In this document: in pieces, positions 55,770 through 64,000 of the stretch
Numbering within the stretch: position 1 is the stretch's first letter
Layout of the letters: the number at the start of each line of letters is the position of its first letter
DNA from: Rhodospirillales bacterium
GTDB lineage: Bacteria; Pseudomonadota; Alphaproteobacteria; Rhodospirillales; GLO-3
Direction of reading: 5' to 3'
Assembly: GCA_003354135.1 (NCBI GenBank)
Contig: PIVK01000009.1
Coordinates: 8,766-72,765, forward strand
DNA: 64,000 nucleotides
Program-made: the position numbers and the translations under genes
The notes under the pieces: model-generated
The model's database searches: none
What the model saw: only the letters and a program-made list of their open reading frames with translations
Told to the model about the DNA's origin: nothing

Positions 55770-57849
55770 CGGTTCCCGTCCCCTCTTCTCCCTCGTCACC
55801 CCCTTCGGACGGCGTGACGAAGGCGCGCGTGCAGGCGGTCATGGTCGGCGAGCACCGGCTGATGGGGTCCGTCATGTAGAAATTCTTGACGGGCGACGTC
55901 AGCGGCTCGCTCCCCGGATTACCTTCGGTTCCGAAATCTCCCCACGCTGCGGCCTGAATGGTGCCCAAGGTGCCGAAGATTGGATTGGCCGTGACCAGGC
56001 GTTCGCGCACTTCGGCCAGGCTGTCCGCCGGGATCTTGCGCCCCAGATGCTCGGAAAGCGCCCTGAGAATCGCCCAATCCTCCTTCGCCTCGCCAGGCGG
56101 GAAGACGGCGAGCCGGGTCTGCTGCACCCGGCCCTCGGTGTTGACGTAAGTCGCATTCTTCTCGGTGTAGGCGGCGCCCGGGAGGATGACGTCGGCGGCA
56201 TTCGCCCCCGTGTCCCCGTGGTGCCCCTGGTAGACCACGAAGGCGGTTTCCAGCTTGGCCATGTCGATTTCGTCGGCGCCCAGCAGATAGACGACCTCGA
56301 TCTCCCCGGCTTCGGCGCCATCCAGAATGCCGGCCACGTCGCGTCCGCCGTCCCCGGGGACGAAGCCGAGTTCCAGGCCGCCCACGCGGGCGGCGGCTGT
56401 ATGCAGCACGTTGAAGCCGTTCCAGCCAGTCTTGTCATCGATCATGCCGCAGCTTTCGGCGATCTTGCGGCACATGGCAAGAATGGCCGCGCCGTCGGGG
56501 CGTGCGAGTGCTCCCTGGCCGACGATGATCATCGGCTTCGCAGCCGCCGTGAGGACCTTGGTGAAGGCTGAACGCCCGTTGACGATCCCCTTCAATTGGC
56601 TGGGATCGTCGGCCAGGTGCTCGTAAAGGTAGGTGAGATCTGCACGCTCCCCGATCACGCCGATTTTGACCCCGCCGGCGAGATAACGCTTGCGGATGCG
56701 GGCGTTGATGATGGGGGCCTCCAGACGCGGGTTGGTGCCCACCAGCAGGATGGCATCCGCCTCGTCGATACCGGCGATGGTGGAATTAAAGCGCCAGCCG
56801 GCGGCATGCGCCGGATCGAGGGCCGCCCCGTCCTGGCGACAATCGATGTTGGGAGATTTTACGGAGGTCATTAATTCCTTGAGAAGTAAAACGGATTCGC
56901 AATCCGCCAAATTGCCAGAGATTGCCGCGATCTTTTCGCCTGCCTTGCCCTGAATCTTGTCCTTGATGGCGGCGAAGGCTTCGCCCCAGGTGGCGGGCAC
57001 GAGCTTTCCGTCCTTACGTACATAGGGCGTGTCCAGGCGCTGGCGCCTCAGTCCGTCGCAGGCATGGCGGGTTTTGTCCGAGATCCACTCCTCGTTCACG
57101 TCCTCGTTGATCCGAGGCACGATGCGCATAACTTCCGAGCCCCGGGAATCGATGCGGATGTTGCTGCCGACCGCATCCAGGACATCGACAGATTCCGTCT
57201 TCCTGAGCTCCCACGAACGGGCGCGGAAGGCATAGGGCTTCGACGTCAGCGCACCGACGGGACAGACGTCCACCAGATTGCCCGAAAGCTCGGAGTCGAT
57301 GGCCTGCGCGACGTAGGTGCCGATTTCCAGGTTCTCGCTACGAAAGACGCCACCCAGAACCGGCATGCCGCCGATCTCGTTGATGAAGCGAATGCAGCGG
57401 GTGCAGTGGATGCAGCGGGTCATGGCGGTGCTGATCAGGGGACCGTAATCGTGGTCTTCCACCGCGCGCTTGTTCTCCTGGAAGCGACCGCGGTCCACCC
57501 CATAGGCCACCGCCAAGTCCTGCAGGTCGCATTCGCCGCCCTGGTCGCAGACCGGGCAGTCGAGTGGATGGTTGATGAGCAGGAACTCCATCACCGAGCG
57601 GCGCATCTTACGCACCTTCTCGTTGTCGGTATGGATCACCATGCCCTCGGCCACCGGCATGGCGCAGGATGCGATGGCACGGGGGGCGCGCTCCATCTCC
57701 ACCAGGCACATGCGGCAGTTTCCGGAAATGGACAGGCGTTCGTGGTAGCAGAAGCGAGGAATCTCGATTCCCAGTTGCTCGCAGGCCTGAAGGATGGTGA
57801 GTCCGCCCTCGACTTCGACTTCCTGGCCGTCAATGGTCAGTTTCGGCAT
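55762..57849 (-). CDS. nuoG: NADH-quinone oxidoreductase subunit G
   Basis: N-terminal 2Fe-2S and 4Fe-4S Cys clusters ('[18 protein letters not shown]', '[14 protein letters not shown]', '[10 protein letters not shown]'), then a molybdopterin-oxidoreductase-like fold. Confidence 0.95.
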   Translation of the reverse strand: MPKLTIDGQEVEVEGGLTILQACEQLGIEIPRFCYHERLSISGNCRMCLVEMERAPRAIASCAMPVAEGMVIHTDNEKVRKMRRSVMEFLLINHPLDCPVCDQGGECDLQDLAVAYGVDRGRFQENKRAVEDHDYGPLISTAMTRCIHCTRCIRFINEIGGMPVLGGVFRSENLEIGTYVAQAIDSELSGNLVDVCPVGALTSKPYAFRARSWELRKTESVDVLDAVGSNIRIDSRGSEVMRIVPRINEDVNEEWISDKTRHACDGLRRQRLDTPYVRKDGKLVPATWGEAFAAIKDKIQGKAGEKIAAISGNLADCESVLLLKELMTSVKSPNIDCRQDGAALDPAHAAGWRFNSTIAGIDEADAILLVGTNPRLEAPIINARIRKRYLAGGVKIGVIGERADLTYLYEHLADDPSQLKGIVNGRSAFTKVLTAAAKPMIIVGQGALARPDGAAILAMCRKIAESCGMIDDKTGWNGFNVLHTAAARVGGLELGFVPGDGGRDVAGILDGAEAGEIEVVYLLGADEIDMAKLETAFVVYQGHHGDTGANAADVILPGAAYTEKNATYVNTEGRVQQTRLAVFPPGEAKEDWAILRALSEHLGRKIPADSLAEVRERLVTANPIFGTLGTIQAAAWGDFGTEGNPGSEPLTSPVKNFYMTDPISRCSPTMTACTRAFVTPSEGGDEGEEGTGTDG

Positions 57850-57853
57850 CGTC

Positions 57854-59134
57854 TCAAGCCGCCCGGTTGTTGAATTTGGCGATGCGCCGTTCGATTTCCG
57901 GCCGGAAGTTCTGGATCAGTCCTTGGATCGGCCAGGCTGCCGCATCGCCCAGGGCGCAGATGGTGTTGCCTTCGATCTGGCGGGTCACCTCTTCCAGTAT
58001 GTCGATCTCTTCTATAGCTATATTGCCTTCCACCATGCGCTCCATCATGCGCCACAGCCAGCCGGTGCCCTCGCGGCACGGTGTGCACTGGCCGCAGCTC
58101 TCGTGCATGTAGAATCTGGAGAGGCGGGTAATGGCCTTGATGATGTCCGTGCTCTTATCCATGACGATAACAGCCGCCGTGCCAAGGCCAGAACCGGCAT
58201 CGCGCAGGCTGTCGTAGTCCATTAGGATGTCGGCGCAGGTCGATTTGGGCATCACCGGGACCGAGCAACCGCCGGGGATCACGCCCAGAAGGTTGTCCCA
58301 GCCACCGCGCACGCCCCCGGCGTGCTTTTCGATGAGGTCCTTGAGGGGCACGCTCATAGCATCCTCGACGATACACGGAGTGTTCACGTGGCCGGAGATG
58401 GCGTAGATCTTGATCCCGGTGTTGTTTTCGCGCCCGATCCCCGCCCACCAGGAAGCGCCGCGCCTGAGGATGGCCGGTACGACGGCAATGGACTCCACGT
58501 TGTTGACGGTGGTCGGACAACCGTAAATGCCGCAGTTGGCGGGGAACGGCGGCTTGAGCCGCGGTTGGCCCTTCTTGCCCTCGATCGATTGAATCAGGGC
58601 GCTTTCCTCGCCGCAGACATAGGCCCCCATGCCGCGGTGGATGTAGATGTCGAGGTCCCAGCCTGACTGGGCGGCGTTCTTGCCCAGCAATCCGGCCTCA
58701 TAGGCTTCGTCGATGGCCGTCTGTAAAACCTCCGCTTCGCGGTAGAACTCGCCGCGGATATAGATGTAGGCCGTATGCGCCCCGATGGCGAAGCCGGCCA
58801 GCAACGCCCCCTCGATCAGCTTATGGGGTTCGTTGCGGATGATTTCGCGGTCTTTGCAGGTTCCGGGCTCGCCTTCATCGGCGTTGATTGCGAGAAAGTG
58901 GGGCCGCCCTGGGGCCGCTTCCTTGGGCATGAAGGACCATTTCATGCCGGTGGAGAACCCGGCGCCGCCGCGTCCCCGAAGCCTGGAATCCTTGACTTCG
59001 CTTATGATCCAGTCGCGGCCCTTCTTGATGATGTCGGCCGTCTTGTCCCAGTCGCCCCGGGCCATGCAGGCCTTCCGGCTCTTTTCCTGGAATCCGTAGA
59101 TGTTGGTGAAGATGCGGTCCTTATCGGCGAGCAT
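57854..59134 (-). CDS. nuoF: NADH-quinone oxidoreductase subunit F
   Basis: '[10 protein letters not shown]', '[18 protein letters not shown]', '[12 protein letters not shown]' (FMN/NADH and N3 cluster sites). Confidence 0.95.
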   Translation of the reverse strand: MLADKDRIFTNIYGFQEKSRKACMARGDWDKTADIIKKGRDWIISEVKDSRLRGRGGAGFSTGMKWSFMPKEAAPGRPHFLAINADEGEPGTCKDREIIRNEPHKLIEGALLAGFAIGAHTAYIYIRGEFYREAEVLQTAIDEAYEAGLLGKNAAQSGWDLDIYIHRGMGAYVCGEESALIQSIEGKKGQPRLKPPFPANCGIYGCPTTVNNVESIAVVPAILRRGASWWAGIGRENNTGIKIYAISGHVNTPCIVEDAMSVPLKDLIEKHAGGVRGGWDNLLGVIPGGCSVPVMPKSTCADILMDYDSLRDAGSGLGTAAVIVMDKSTDIIKAITRLSRFYMHESCGQCTPCREGTGWLWRMMERMVEGNIAIEEIDILEEVTRQIEGNTICALGDAAAWPIQGLIQNFRPEIERRIAKFNNRAA

Positions 59135-59763
59135 CAGGAGCCCCCTCCCCCGGCATGGATGTCCTGGAGCGTGGTCAGGCCGTTTGCGGGCTCACAGCCC
59201 TTGCGGGCGCTCTGGGGCCCTGTTGTCGCGGGCATCTTGCCGGTTCTGAGCACGTCCAGGATCGCCTTGGTGTCGCCGGCCGTCAGGTCCTCGTAGTAGT
59301 CGTCGTTAATCTGCATCATGGGTGCGTTGACGCAGGCGCCCAGGCACTCGACCTCGGTCAGAGTGAACAATCCGTCCTTGGTGCTTTCCCCGAAGCCGAT
59401 GCCCAACGTGTCCTTGCAGGCATGTGCCACTTCGTCCGATCCGGTCAGCCAACAGCAAATGTTGGTGCAGACCTGCACGTGATAGCGCCCGACGGGGGAC
59501 AAGTTGTACATGGTGTAGAAGGTGGCCACCTCGTAGACCCGGATCGGCGCCATGCCGAGGCGCTCGGCGATATAGTCCATGGCCGCCTGGGGCAGCCAGC
59601 CGTCGTGCTGGCGTTGGGCCAGGTCCAGGAGCGGCATGACCGCGCTGACTTTCTTGTCTTCCGGATATTTGGCCAGGATTCCCGCGATGGCCTTCTCGTT
59701 CTCCGCCGAGAACGTGAAGGACTCGGGCTGCTCGAGGTCTTGGGCAACGGGACGGCTGCTCAT
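59134..59763 (-). CDS. nuoE: NADH-quinone oxidoreductase subunit E
   Basis: 2Fe-2S ligands 'VCTNICCWL' and '[10 protein letters not shown]'. Its stop overlaps the nuoF start. Confidence 0.94.
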   Translation of the reverse strand: MSSRPVAQDLEQPESFTFSAENEKAIAGILAKYPEDKKVSAVMPLLDLAQRQHDGWLPQAAMDYIAERLGMAPIRVYEVATFYTMYNLSPVGRYHVQVCTNICCWLTGSDEVAHACKDTLGIGFGESTKDGLFTLTEVECLGACVNAPMMQINDDYYEDLTAGDTKAILDVLRTGKMPATTGPQSARKGCEPANGLTTLQDIHAGGGGS

Positions 59764-60938
59764 CGGTCGATCTCCCCGAACACGACGTCCAGTGACCCCA
59801 AGTTGGCCACTGCGTCGGCCAGCATGTGGCCGCGCGACAGCAGGTCCATGGACTGCAGGTGGGCGAATCCGGGCGTGCGGATCTTGCAGCGGTAGGGTTT
59901 GTTGGTACCGTCGGAGACTAGGTAAACCGCCATCTCGCCCTTCGGCGCTTCGACGGCGGTGTAGGTCTCGCCCGCCGGGATGCGGACCCCCTCGGAAAAC
60001 AGCTTGAAGTGATGGATCAGGGCCTCCATGGAGGACTTCATCTCGGCCCGGGGCGGCGGCGATGCCTTGCGGTCGTCAAGCTGGACCGGGCCCGAAGGCA
60101 TCTCGTTCAGGCATTGGCGCACGATCTTGAGGCTTTCGCGGATCTCGGCCATGCGCACCAGATAACGCTCGTAACAATCGCCGTGTTTGCCCACGGGAAC
60201 GTCGAAATCCATCTTGGCGTAGACGTCATAGGGTTGGGCCTTGCGCAGGTCCCAAGGTACGCCCGCAGCCCGCAGGTTGGGGCCGGAATAGCCCCAGTCC
60301 AGAGCGTCCTCGGCCGAGATGACACCGATGTCTACCGATCGCTGCTTGAAAATGCGGTTCTCGTCCAGCAAGGTCTCGATATCCTTGACCACCTGCGGGA
60401 AGCGTTCGGTCCAGGCCCAGATATCATCCGACAGGCCTTCCGGCAGATCCCGGCTGACCCCGCCGATACGGAAGTAGTTCATGTGCAGGCGCGCGCCGGA
60501 GACCCGTTCGCAGAACTCCATCAGCAGTTCGCGTTCCTCCATCGCCCAGAGCATCGGCGTCATGGCTCCGATGTCCATGGCGTAGGCGGTGGTGGAGAAG
60601 AGATGGTTGAGTAGGCGGCCCAGTTCGGCGAATAGAACCCGGACGTACTGCCCGCGTTCCGGCACTTCGATACCCAGCAACTTCTCGGCGGCCAGCACGA
60701 AGACGTGCTCCTGATTCTGGGGCGAGACGTAGTCCAGGCGGTCAAAATACGGCGTCGCCTGGGCGTAGGTTTTGTGTTCGATCAGTTTTTCGGTGCCGCG
60801 ATGCAGGAGGCCGATGTGGGAATCGGCGCGCTCGATGATCTCGCCGTCCATCTCCAGGATCATGCGCAGCACGCCATGCGCAGCCGGATGCTGCGGCCCG
60901 AAATTGATGGAATAGTTTTTGATATGAGTCTCGGCCAT
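59760..60938 (-). CDS. nuoD: NADH-quinone oxidoreductase subunit D
   Basis: 392 aa: '[14 protein letters not shown]', 'HRGTEKLIE', C-terminal 'DVVFGEIDR'. Confidence 0.95.
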   Translation of the reverse strand: MAETHIKNYSINFGPQHPAAHGVLRMILEMDGEIIERADSHIGLLHRGTEKLIEHKTYAQATPYFDRLDYVSPQNQEHVFVLAAEKLLGIEVPERGQYVRVLFAELGRLLNHLFSTTAYAMDIGAMTPMLWAMEERELLMEFCERVSGARLHMNYFRIGGVSRDLPEGLSDDIWAWTERFPQVVKDIETLLDENRIFKQRSVDIGVISAEDALDWGYSGPNLRAAGVPWDLRKAQPYDVYAKMDFDVPVGKHGDCYERYLVRMAEIRESLKIVRQCLNEMPSGPVQLDDRKASPPPRAEMKSSMEALIHHFKLFSEGVRIPAGETYTAVEAPKGEMAVYLVSDGTNKPYRCKIRTPGFAHLQSMDLLSRGHMLADAVANLGSLDVVFGEIDR

Positions 60939-60939
60939 G

Positions 60940-61554
60940 TCAGGCGGTCCCTTCGCCCTTCGGCGGTGCCTCGGCGGTTTTCTCGGGCAGCAGTCCTTCC
61001 CAGGGGCTCAGGAAGTCGAAGTTCCGGAGTTCCTGGGACAACTTGACCGGCTCGTAGACCACCCGTTTCTGTTCATCGTCGTAGCGCAGTTCGACGTACC
61101 CGGTGAGCGGGAAGTCCTTGCGCAGGGCATGCCCCTCGAAACCATAGTCGCTCAGAATCCGCCGCAGGTCTGGATGGTCGCTGAAATGAACTCCGTACAT
61201 GTCCCAGACCTCGCGCTCGTACCAGTTGGCGGAACTGAAGACGTTGGTGACCGACGGGACCGGCATGGTCTCGTCGGTGTCGACCTTGACGCGGATACGG
61301 GCGTTGTGGGTCAGGCTCAAGAGGTTGTAGACAACCTCGAAGCGGTATTCGCGCTCCGGGTAGTCGGCGCCGCAGACATCCATCAGCTGCTTGAATTGGC
61401 AAAGGGGGTCGTCACGGAGATAGGTCAGAACCTTGACCACCGCAGTGCGCTGCACGCGGACGGTCAATTCGCCGCTCGGAACCTCGACCCCCTGCACTTC
61501 CTGAGGAAGTGCCGCGGCGATCAAGTCACCTAGATCTTGAAGCGCCAGATCCAT
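60940..61554 (-). CDS. nuoC: NADH-quinone oxidoreductase subunit C
   Basis: 204 aa: '[23 protein letters not shown]'. Confidence 0.94.
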   Translation of the reverse strand: MDLALQDLGDLIAAALPQEVQGVEVPSGELTVRVQRTAVVKVLTYLRDDPLCQFKQLMDVCGADYPEREYRFEVVYNLLSLTHNARIRVKVDTDETMPVPSVTNVFSSANWYEREVWDMYGVHFSDHPDLRRILSDYGFEGHALRKDFPLTGYVELRYDDEQKRVVYEPVKLSQELRNFDFLSPWEGLLPEKTAEAPPKGEGTA

Positions 61555-61611
61555 TTTCCGGACCCCCCTCTAATACGACATGTTTTTTGTTGTCAGTGTT
61601 GTTCAGTTCGC

Positions 61612-62154
61612 CTAACGCCAGAGCGTGCCCGTCCGTTTGATCTTTTTTTGCAATTGGAGGACACCATAAACCAGGGCTTCCGCCGTCGGCGGGCAGCCCG
61701 GAACGTAGACGTCGACCGGGACAACGCGGTCACAGCCGCGGACCACAGAATAGGAATAGTGATAGTAACCGCCCCCGTTGGCGCAGGACCCCATTGAGAT
61801 CACGTAGCGCGGCTCGGCCATCTGGTCGTAGACCTTGCGGAAGGCCGGGGCCATCTTGTTCGTCAGCGTGCCGGCGACGATGATAACATCCGATTGGCGC
61901 GGACTGGGACGCGGCACGACGCCAAAACGGTCGAGATCGTAGCGCGACACGTAAGCGTGGATCATCTCCACCGCGCAGCAGGCCAGACCGAAAGTCATAG
62001 GCCACAGCGATCCGGTGCGGGCCCAGTTGACCAGGTTGTCCAGTTGGGCGATGACGAAACCGCGATCCTGAAGTTCGCCGGTCACCCTTCCCAGCAGCGC
62101 GTTCTGCTCGGGTCCGGGAGGCAGAGGTGTTCCTTGCTCGGAGATCACTCCCAT
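61612..62154 (-). CDS. nuoB: NADH-quinone oxidoreductase subunit B
   Basis: '[16 protein letters not shown]', '[14 protein letters not shown]', 'VPGCPP' (N2 cluster ligands). ATG 62154 overlaps the nuoA end; the alternative is GTG at 62175. Confidence 0.93.
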   Translation of the reverse strand: MGVISEQGTPLPPGPEQNALLGRVTGELQDRGFVIAQLDNLVNWARTGSLWPMTFGLACCAVEMIHAYVSRYDLDRFGVVPRPSPRQSDVIIVAGTLTNKMAPAFRKVYDQMAEPRYVISMGSCANGGGYYHYSYSVVRGCDRVVPVDVYVPGCPPTAEALVYGVLQLQKKIKRTGTLWR

Positions 62155-62522
62155 TCCAAGGCCCCCATTTTCCACTCGTATATGAATCCGATGGTGAGAA
62201 CACCCAGGAAGACGATCATCGACCAGAACCCGAAGATCCCGATTTCGCCCAGGCTCACCGCCCAGGGGAACAGGAACGCCACTTCCAGGTCGAAGATGAT
62301 AAACAGGATGGCGACTAGGTAGAAGCGGACATCGAACTTGTGGCGCGCGTCCTCGAAGGGGTCAAAGCCGCACTCGTAGGCAGAGTTCTTCTCCACGTCG
62401 GGTTTCTGGCGGGCGACGATCCACGATGCGCCGGCTGCGATCGCGGCGATGGCAACAGCGATTCCGATAAAGATGAGGATAGGCAGATACTCGAGGATCG
62501 GAGCGTCCATGTCAGCGGTCAT
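62145..62522 (-). CDS. nuoA: NADH-quinone oxidoreductase subunit A
   Basis: 125 aa, three TM segments: '[28 protein letters not shown]'. Confidence 0.92.
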   Translation of the reverse strand: MTADMDAPILEYLPILIFIGIAVAIAAIAAGASWIVARQKPDVEKNSAYECGFDPFEDARHKFDVRFYLVAILFIIFDLEVAFLFPWAVSLGEIGIFGFWSMIVFLGVLTIGFIYEWKMGALEWE

Positions 62523-62562
62523 AATTGGGCCATATTCCGGTTGCGGTCAGACCTCGAGAAAG

Positions 62563-62639
62563 TGGCGGGAGTGACGGGACTCGAACCCGCGGCCTCTGGC
62601 GTGACAGGCCAGCGCTCTAACCAACTGAGCTACACCCCC
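62563..62639 (-). tRNA. tRNA-Asp (anticodon GUC), CCA encoded
   Basis: Reverse complement folds as a cloverleaf: GGGGGTG TA GCTC AGTTGGTTA GAGC G CTGGC CTGTCAC GCCAG AGGCC GCGGG TTCGAGT CCCGT CACTCCC G CCA. Anticodon loop is C-T-GTC-A-C. Confidence 0.93.
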
Positions 62640-62681
62640 AAGGAGCAAGAGAAATCAACACAGATCGCTCTGGGCGGGATC

Positions 62682-62710
62682 ATGTAATCGACAGGTCCGA
62701 GGAGTGTCAA
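62682..62710 (-). promoter_or_regulatory. Candidate sigma70-type promoter upstream of tRNA-Asp (TTGACA-N17-TTACAT)
   Basis: Minus strand: perfect -35 TTGACA (62705-62710), 17-nt spacer, weak -10 TTACAT (62682-62687). Lies about 43 nt upstream of the mature tRNA 5' end. Confidence 0.35.
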
Positions 62711-62850
62711 GTCGAATAAAATTCATGATATTCCGAGGGCCTTCAAGCTTCTTCCAACCCTCTGGAACGGCAGGCGAAATAAGACTGCGCCGTTTCCGCC
62801 GGGGACCCCGGTTTACAATCAGCTTGTAATCGGCGGCATTGGGTTGAAGA

Positions 62851-62926
62851 TGGTGGGCGGTGACGGGATCGAACCGCCGACCTAACGGGTGTAAACCGTT
62901 CGCTCTCCCAGCTGAGCTAACCGCCC
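62851..62926 (-). tRNA. tRNA-Val (anticodon UAC), CCA encoded
   Basis: Reverse complement: GGGCGGT TA GCTC AGCTGGGA GAGC G AACGG TTTACAC CCGTT AGGTC GGCGG TTCGATC CCGTC ACCGCCC A CCA. Anticodon loop is T-T-TAC-A-C. Confidence 0.93.
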
Positions 62927-62943
62927 TCTGGTGTTGCATGGAT

Positions 62944-62983
62944 GAGAGAAAACAATGCCGGCTGCCCATGTTAAGCAGCCGGC
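62944..62983 (-). terminator. Rho-independent terminator downstream of hupB (hairpin is symmetric, so possibly bidirectional)
   Basis: 9-bp GC-rich stem GCCGGCTGC/GCAGCCGGC (62957-62965 and 62975-62983) with a 9-nt loop. On the minus strand it is followed by ATTGTTTTCTCTC. Lies 29 nt after the hupB stop. Confidence 0.65.
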
Positions 62984-63011
62984 ATCGATTTTCAGTTCTC
63001 AAGGAACGGTC

Positions 63012-63284
63012 CTAGTTAACAGAGTCCTTGAGCGCCTTACCAGCTTTGAACTTCGGCTGCTTGGACGCAGGAATTTTGATGGCTTCGCCGGTCCGTGGGT
63101 TGCGGCCCTGGGTGGCGGCGCGCTGCGCGACGCTGAAGGTGCCGAAACCGACTAGACGAACGTCTCCACCCGTCTTTAGGGTGTCGGTTATGGAGGAGAA
63201 AACGCTGTCGACTGCCTTGGCGGCATCCGCCTTGGACAGTCCTGCGTTACTCGCTACGGCGGCGACGAGATCATTCTTATTCAA
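63012..63284 (-). CDS. hupB: Nucleoid-associated DNA-binding protein HU
   Basis: 90 aa: '(M)NKNDLVAAVA...', 'GFGTFSVAQRAATQGRNPRTGEAIKIPASK'. TTG start at 63284 with a strong GAGGGGGG Shine-Dalgarno 7 nt upstream. The 166-aa track ORF only adds an AT-rich non-coding-looking leader. Confidence 0.88.
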   Translation of the reverse strand: MNKNDLVAAVASNAGLSKADAAKAVDSVFSSITDTLKTGGDVRLVGFGTFSVAQRAATQGRNPRTGEAIKIPASKQPKFKAGKALKDSVN

Positions 63285-63364
63285 CTTAAGGCCCCCCTCT
63301 TCGCTCGGGTCAAACTTGGGTTTCGTGACCGCTCCTATCTTAGGATTGGTCTGAAGTGGGCGGC

Positions 63365-63394
63365 ATCTTAAGCCGCCTCGTCTGCCAGCGTCAA
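63365..63394 (-). promoter_or_regulatory. Candidate hupB promoter (TTGACG-N18-TAAGAT)
   Basis: Minus strand: -35 TTGACG (63389-63394), 18-nt spacer, -10 TAAGAT (63365-63370). Phased A-tracts lie immediately upstream. Confidence 0.4.
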
Positions 63395-63554
63395 TCGCGG
63401 AACCTGAGTTTTCCCCAGGTTTTTGCGCTTTTTTCCACTTTTCTCTCTTTTTATCCGATTCGTTTCTTGGAAAAGAATCAGTGTGGGCAATCCTAGGTAT
63501 AAAAACGTGCAACAGCGCGTACCGAATCCCCCTTTTTTTGGCCTCGACCCCGAA

Positions 63555-64000
63555 TCAGTGGGTCAGGACGCCCATATCCTCGTCATCACCACTTTCCGAG
63601 ATGGCCGTACCGGTGTCAAAATCTTTCGATTCGTCCCATTCGATGGGCGTGAGCGTGGAAACCAGGGCCCTTTCCAGGACTTCGTCCACAGTAGCGACGG
63701 GGATGATATTCAACCCCTTTTTCACGTTGTCCGGGATCTCGGCCAGATCCTTTTCGTTCTCGGACGGGATGAGGACGGTCCTAATTCCGCCACGCAAGGC
63801 CGCCAGAAGCTTCTCCTTGAGCCCGCCGATCGGGAGTACCCGCCCGCGCAACGTCACCTCGCCTGTCATGGCCACGTCCTTGTTCACCGCAATACCGGTC
63901 AGAACGGAAACGATGGAGGTCACCATGGCGACGCCCGCCGACGGCCCATCTTTGGGCGTGGCGCCTTCCGGAACGTGGACGTGGATATCGCGCTTGTTGA
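63555..64000 (-). CDS. lon: ATP-dependent Lon protease, C-terminal proteolytic domain (5' part lies beyond the window)
   Basis: '[28 protein letters not shown]' (catalytic Ser) and '[24 protein letters not shown]' (catalytic Lys). The frame stays open to base 64000. Confidence 0.93.
   Translation of the reverse strand, partial: NKRDIHVHVPEGATPKDGPSAGVAMVTSIVSVLTGIAVNKDVAMTGEVTLRGRVLPIGGLKEKLLAALRGGIRTVLIPSENEKDLAEIPDNVKKGLNIIPVATVDEVLERALVSTLTPIEWDESKDFDTGTAISESGDDEDMGVLTH

Noticed and set aside
62563-62926. tRNA-Asp and tRNA-Val as possible integration hot spots for a genomic island
   Set aside because: No integrase, no direct repeat of a tRNA 3' end, and no foreign-looking genes on either side. 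The flanks are lon-hupB and nuoA, a common conserved arrangement. The 115-aa ORF 62655-63002 runs across tRNA-Val and is spurious.
63012-63512. 166-aa version of the HU gene with a Lys-rich N-terminal extension
   Set aside because: The extension starts at a TTG with no Shine-Dalgarno sequence and is encoded by AT-rich DNA unlike the local coding regions, with phased A-tracts and promoter-like hexamers. An internal TTG at 63284 with a strong GAGGGGGG Shine-Dalgarno gives a canonical 90-aa HU beginning (M)NKNDL.

Overview
GC-rich window (roughly 60-65% G+C by eye, not computed) whose gene content and order match an alphaproteobacterial chromosome core. I call 57 intact protein genes, one gene remnant and two tRNAs, almost all housekeeping. 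Left to right: ppiD'-trpE (+); copA, a YibQ-like deacetylase and copZ (-); an orphan REC-PAS response regulator (-); trpG-trpD-trpC-moaC (+); lexA (+) with alpha-type SOS boxes; comEC (-); gltX-gltA-glnS and an SLC13/TrkA-C permease (+); a WD40 gene remnant (+). The rest is one long minus-strand run: gloA, lpxB-lpxI-lpxA-fabZ-lpxD-skp-bamA-rseP-dxr-cdsA-uppS-frr-pyrH-tsf-rpsB, dnaE, lolD-lolC, proS, a small secreted hypothetical, tag, mce, rnj, coaX, birA, nuoN through nuoA (all 14 complex I genes), tRNA-Asp(GUC), tRNA-Val(UAC), hupB and the 3' end of lon. I see no transposase, integrase, phage gene, CRISPR array, toxin-antitoxin pair or defence-like cluster, and I cannot support a claim that this window holds a novel multi-gene system. 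The points worth a second look are modest. (1) A 4.4 kb block (glnS, permease, WD40 remnant, gloA) sits between gltA and lpxB, and includes a GlnRS, which many alphaproteobacteria lack. (2) A YibQ-family gene is tightly wedged between copA and copZ, and a 19-bp-spacer promoter-like element lies upstream of copA. (3) Ribosomal protein S2 carries a ~95-aa acidic tail encoded by a 30-bp tandem repeat. (4) Several cis elements stand out: the lexA operator pair, an AT-rich repeat island, an 18-bp perfect palindrome in the rpsB leader, phased A-tracts upstream of hupB, and nuoA starting 40 bp after a tRNA. Many long ORFs in the supplied track are antisense artefacts of high GC content and were not called. 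Several starts were moved downstream of the track's first start codon, using neighbouring stop codons, Shine-Dalgarno sequences and expected N-termini.
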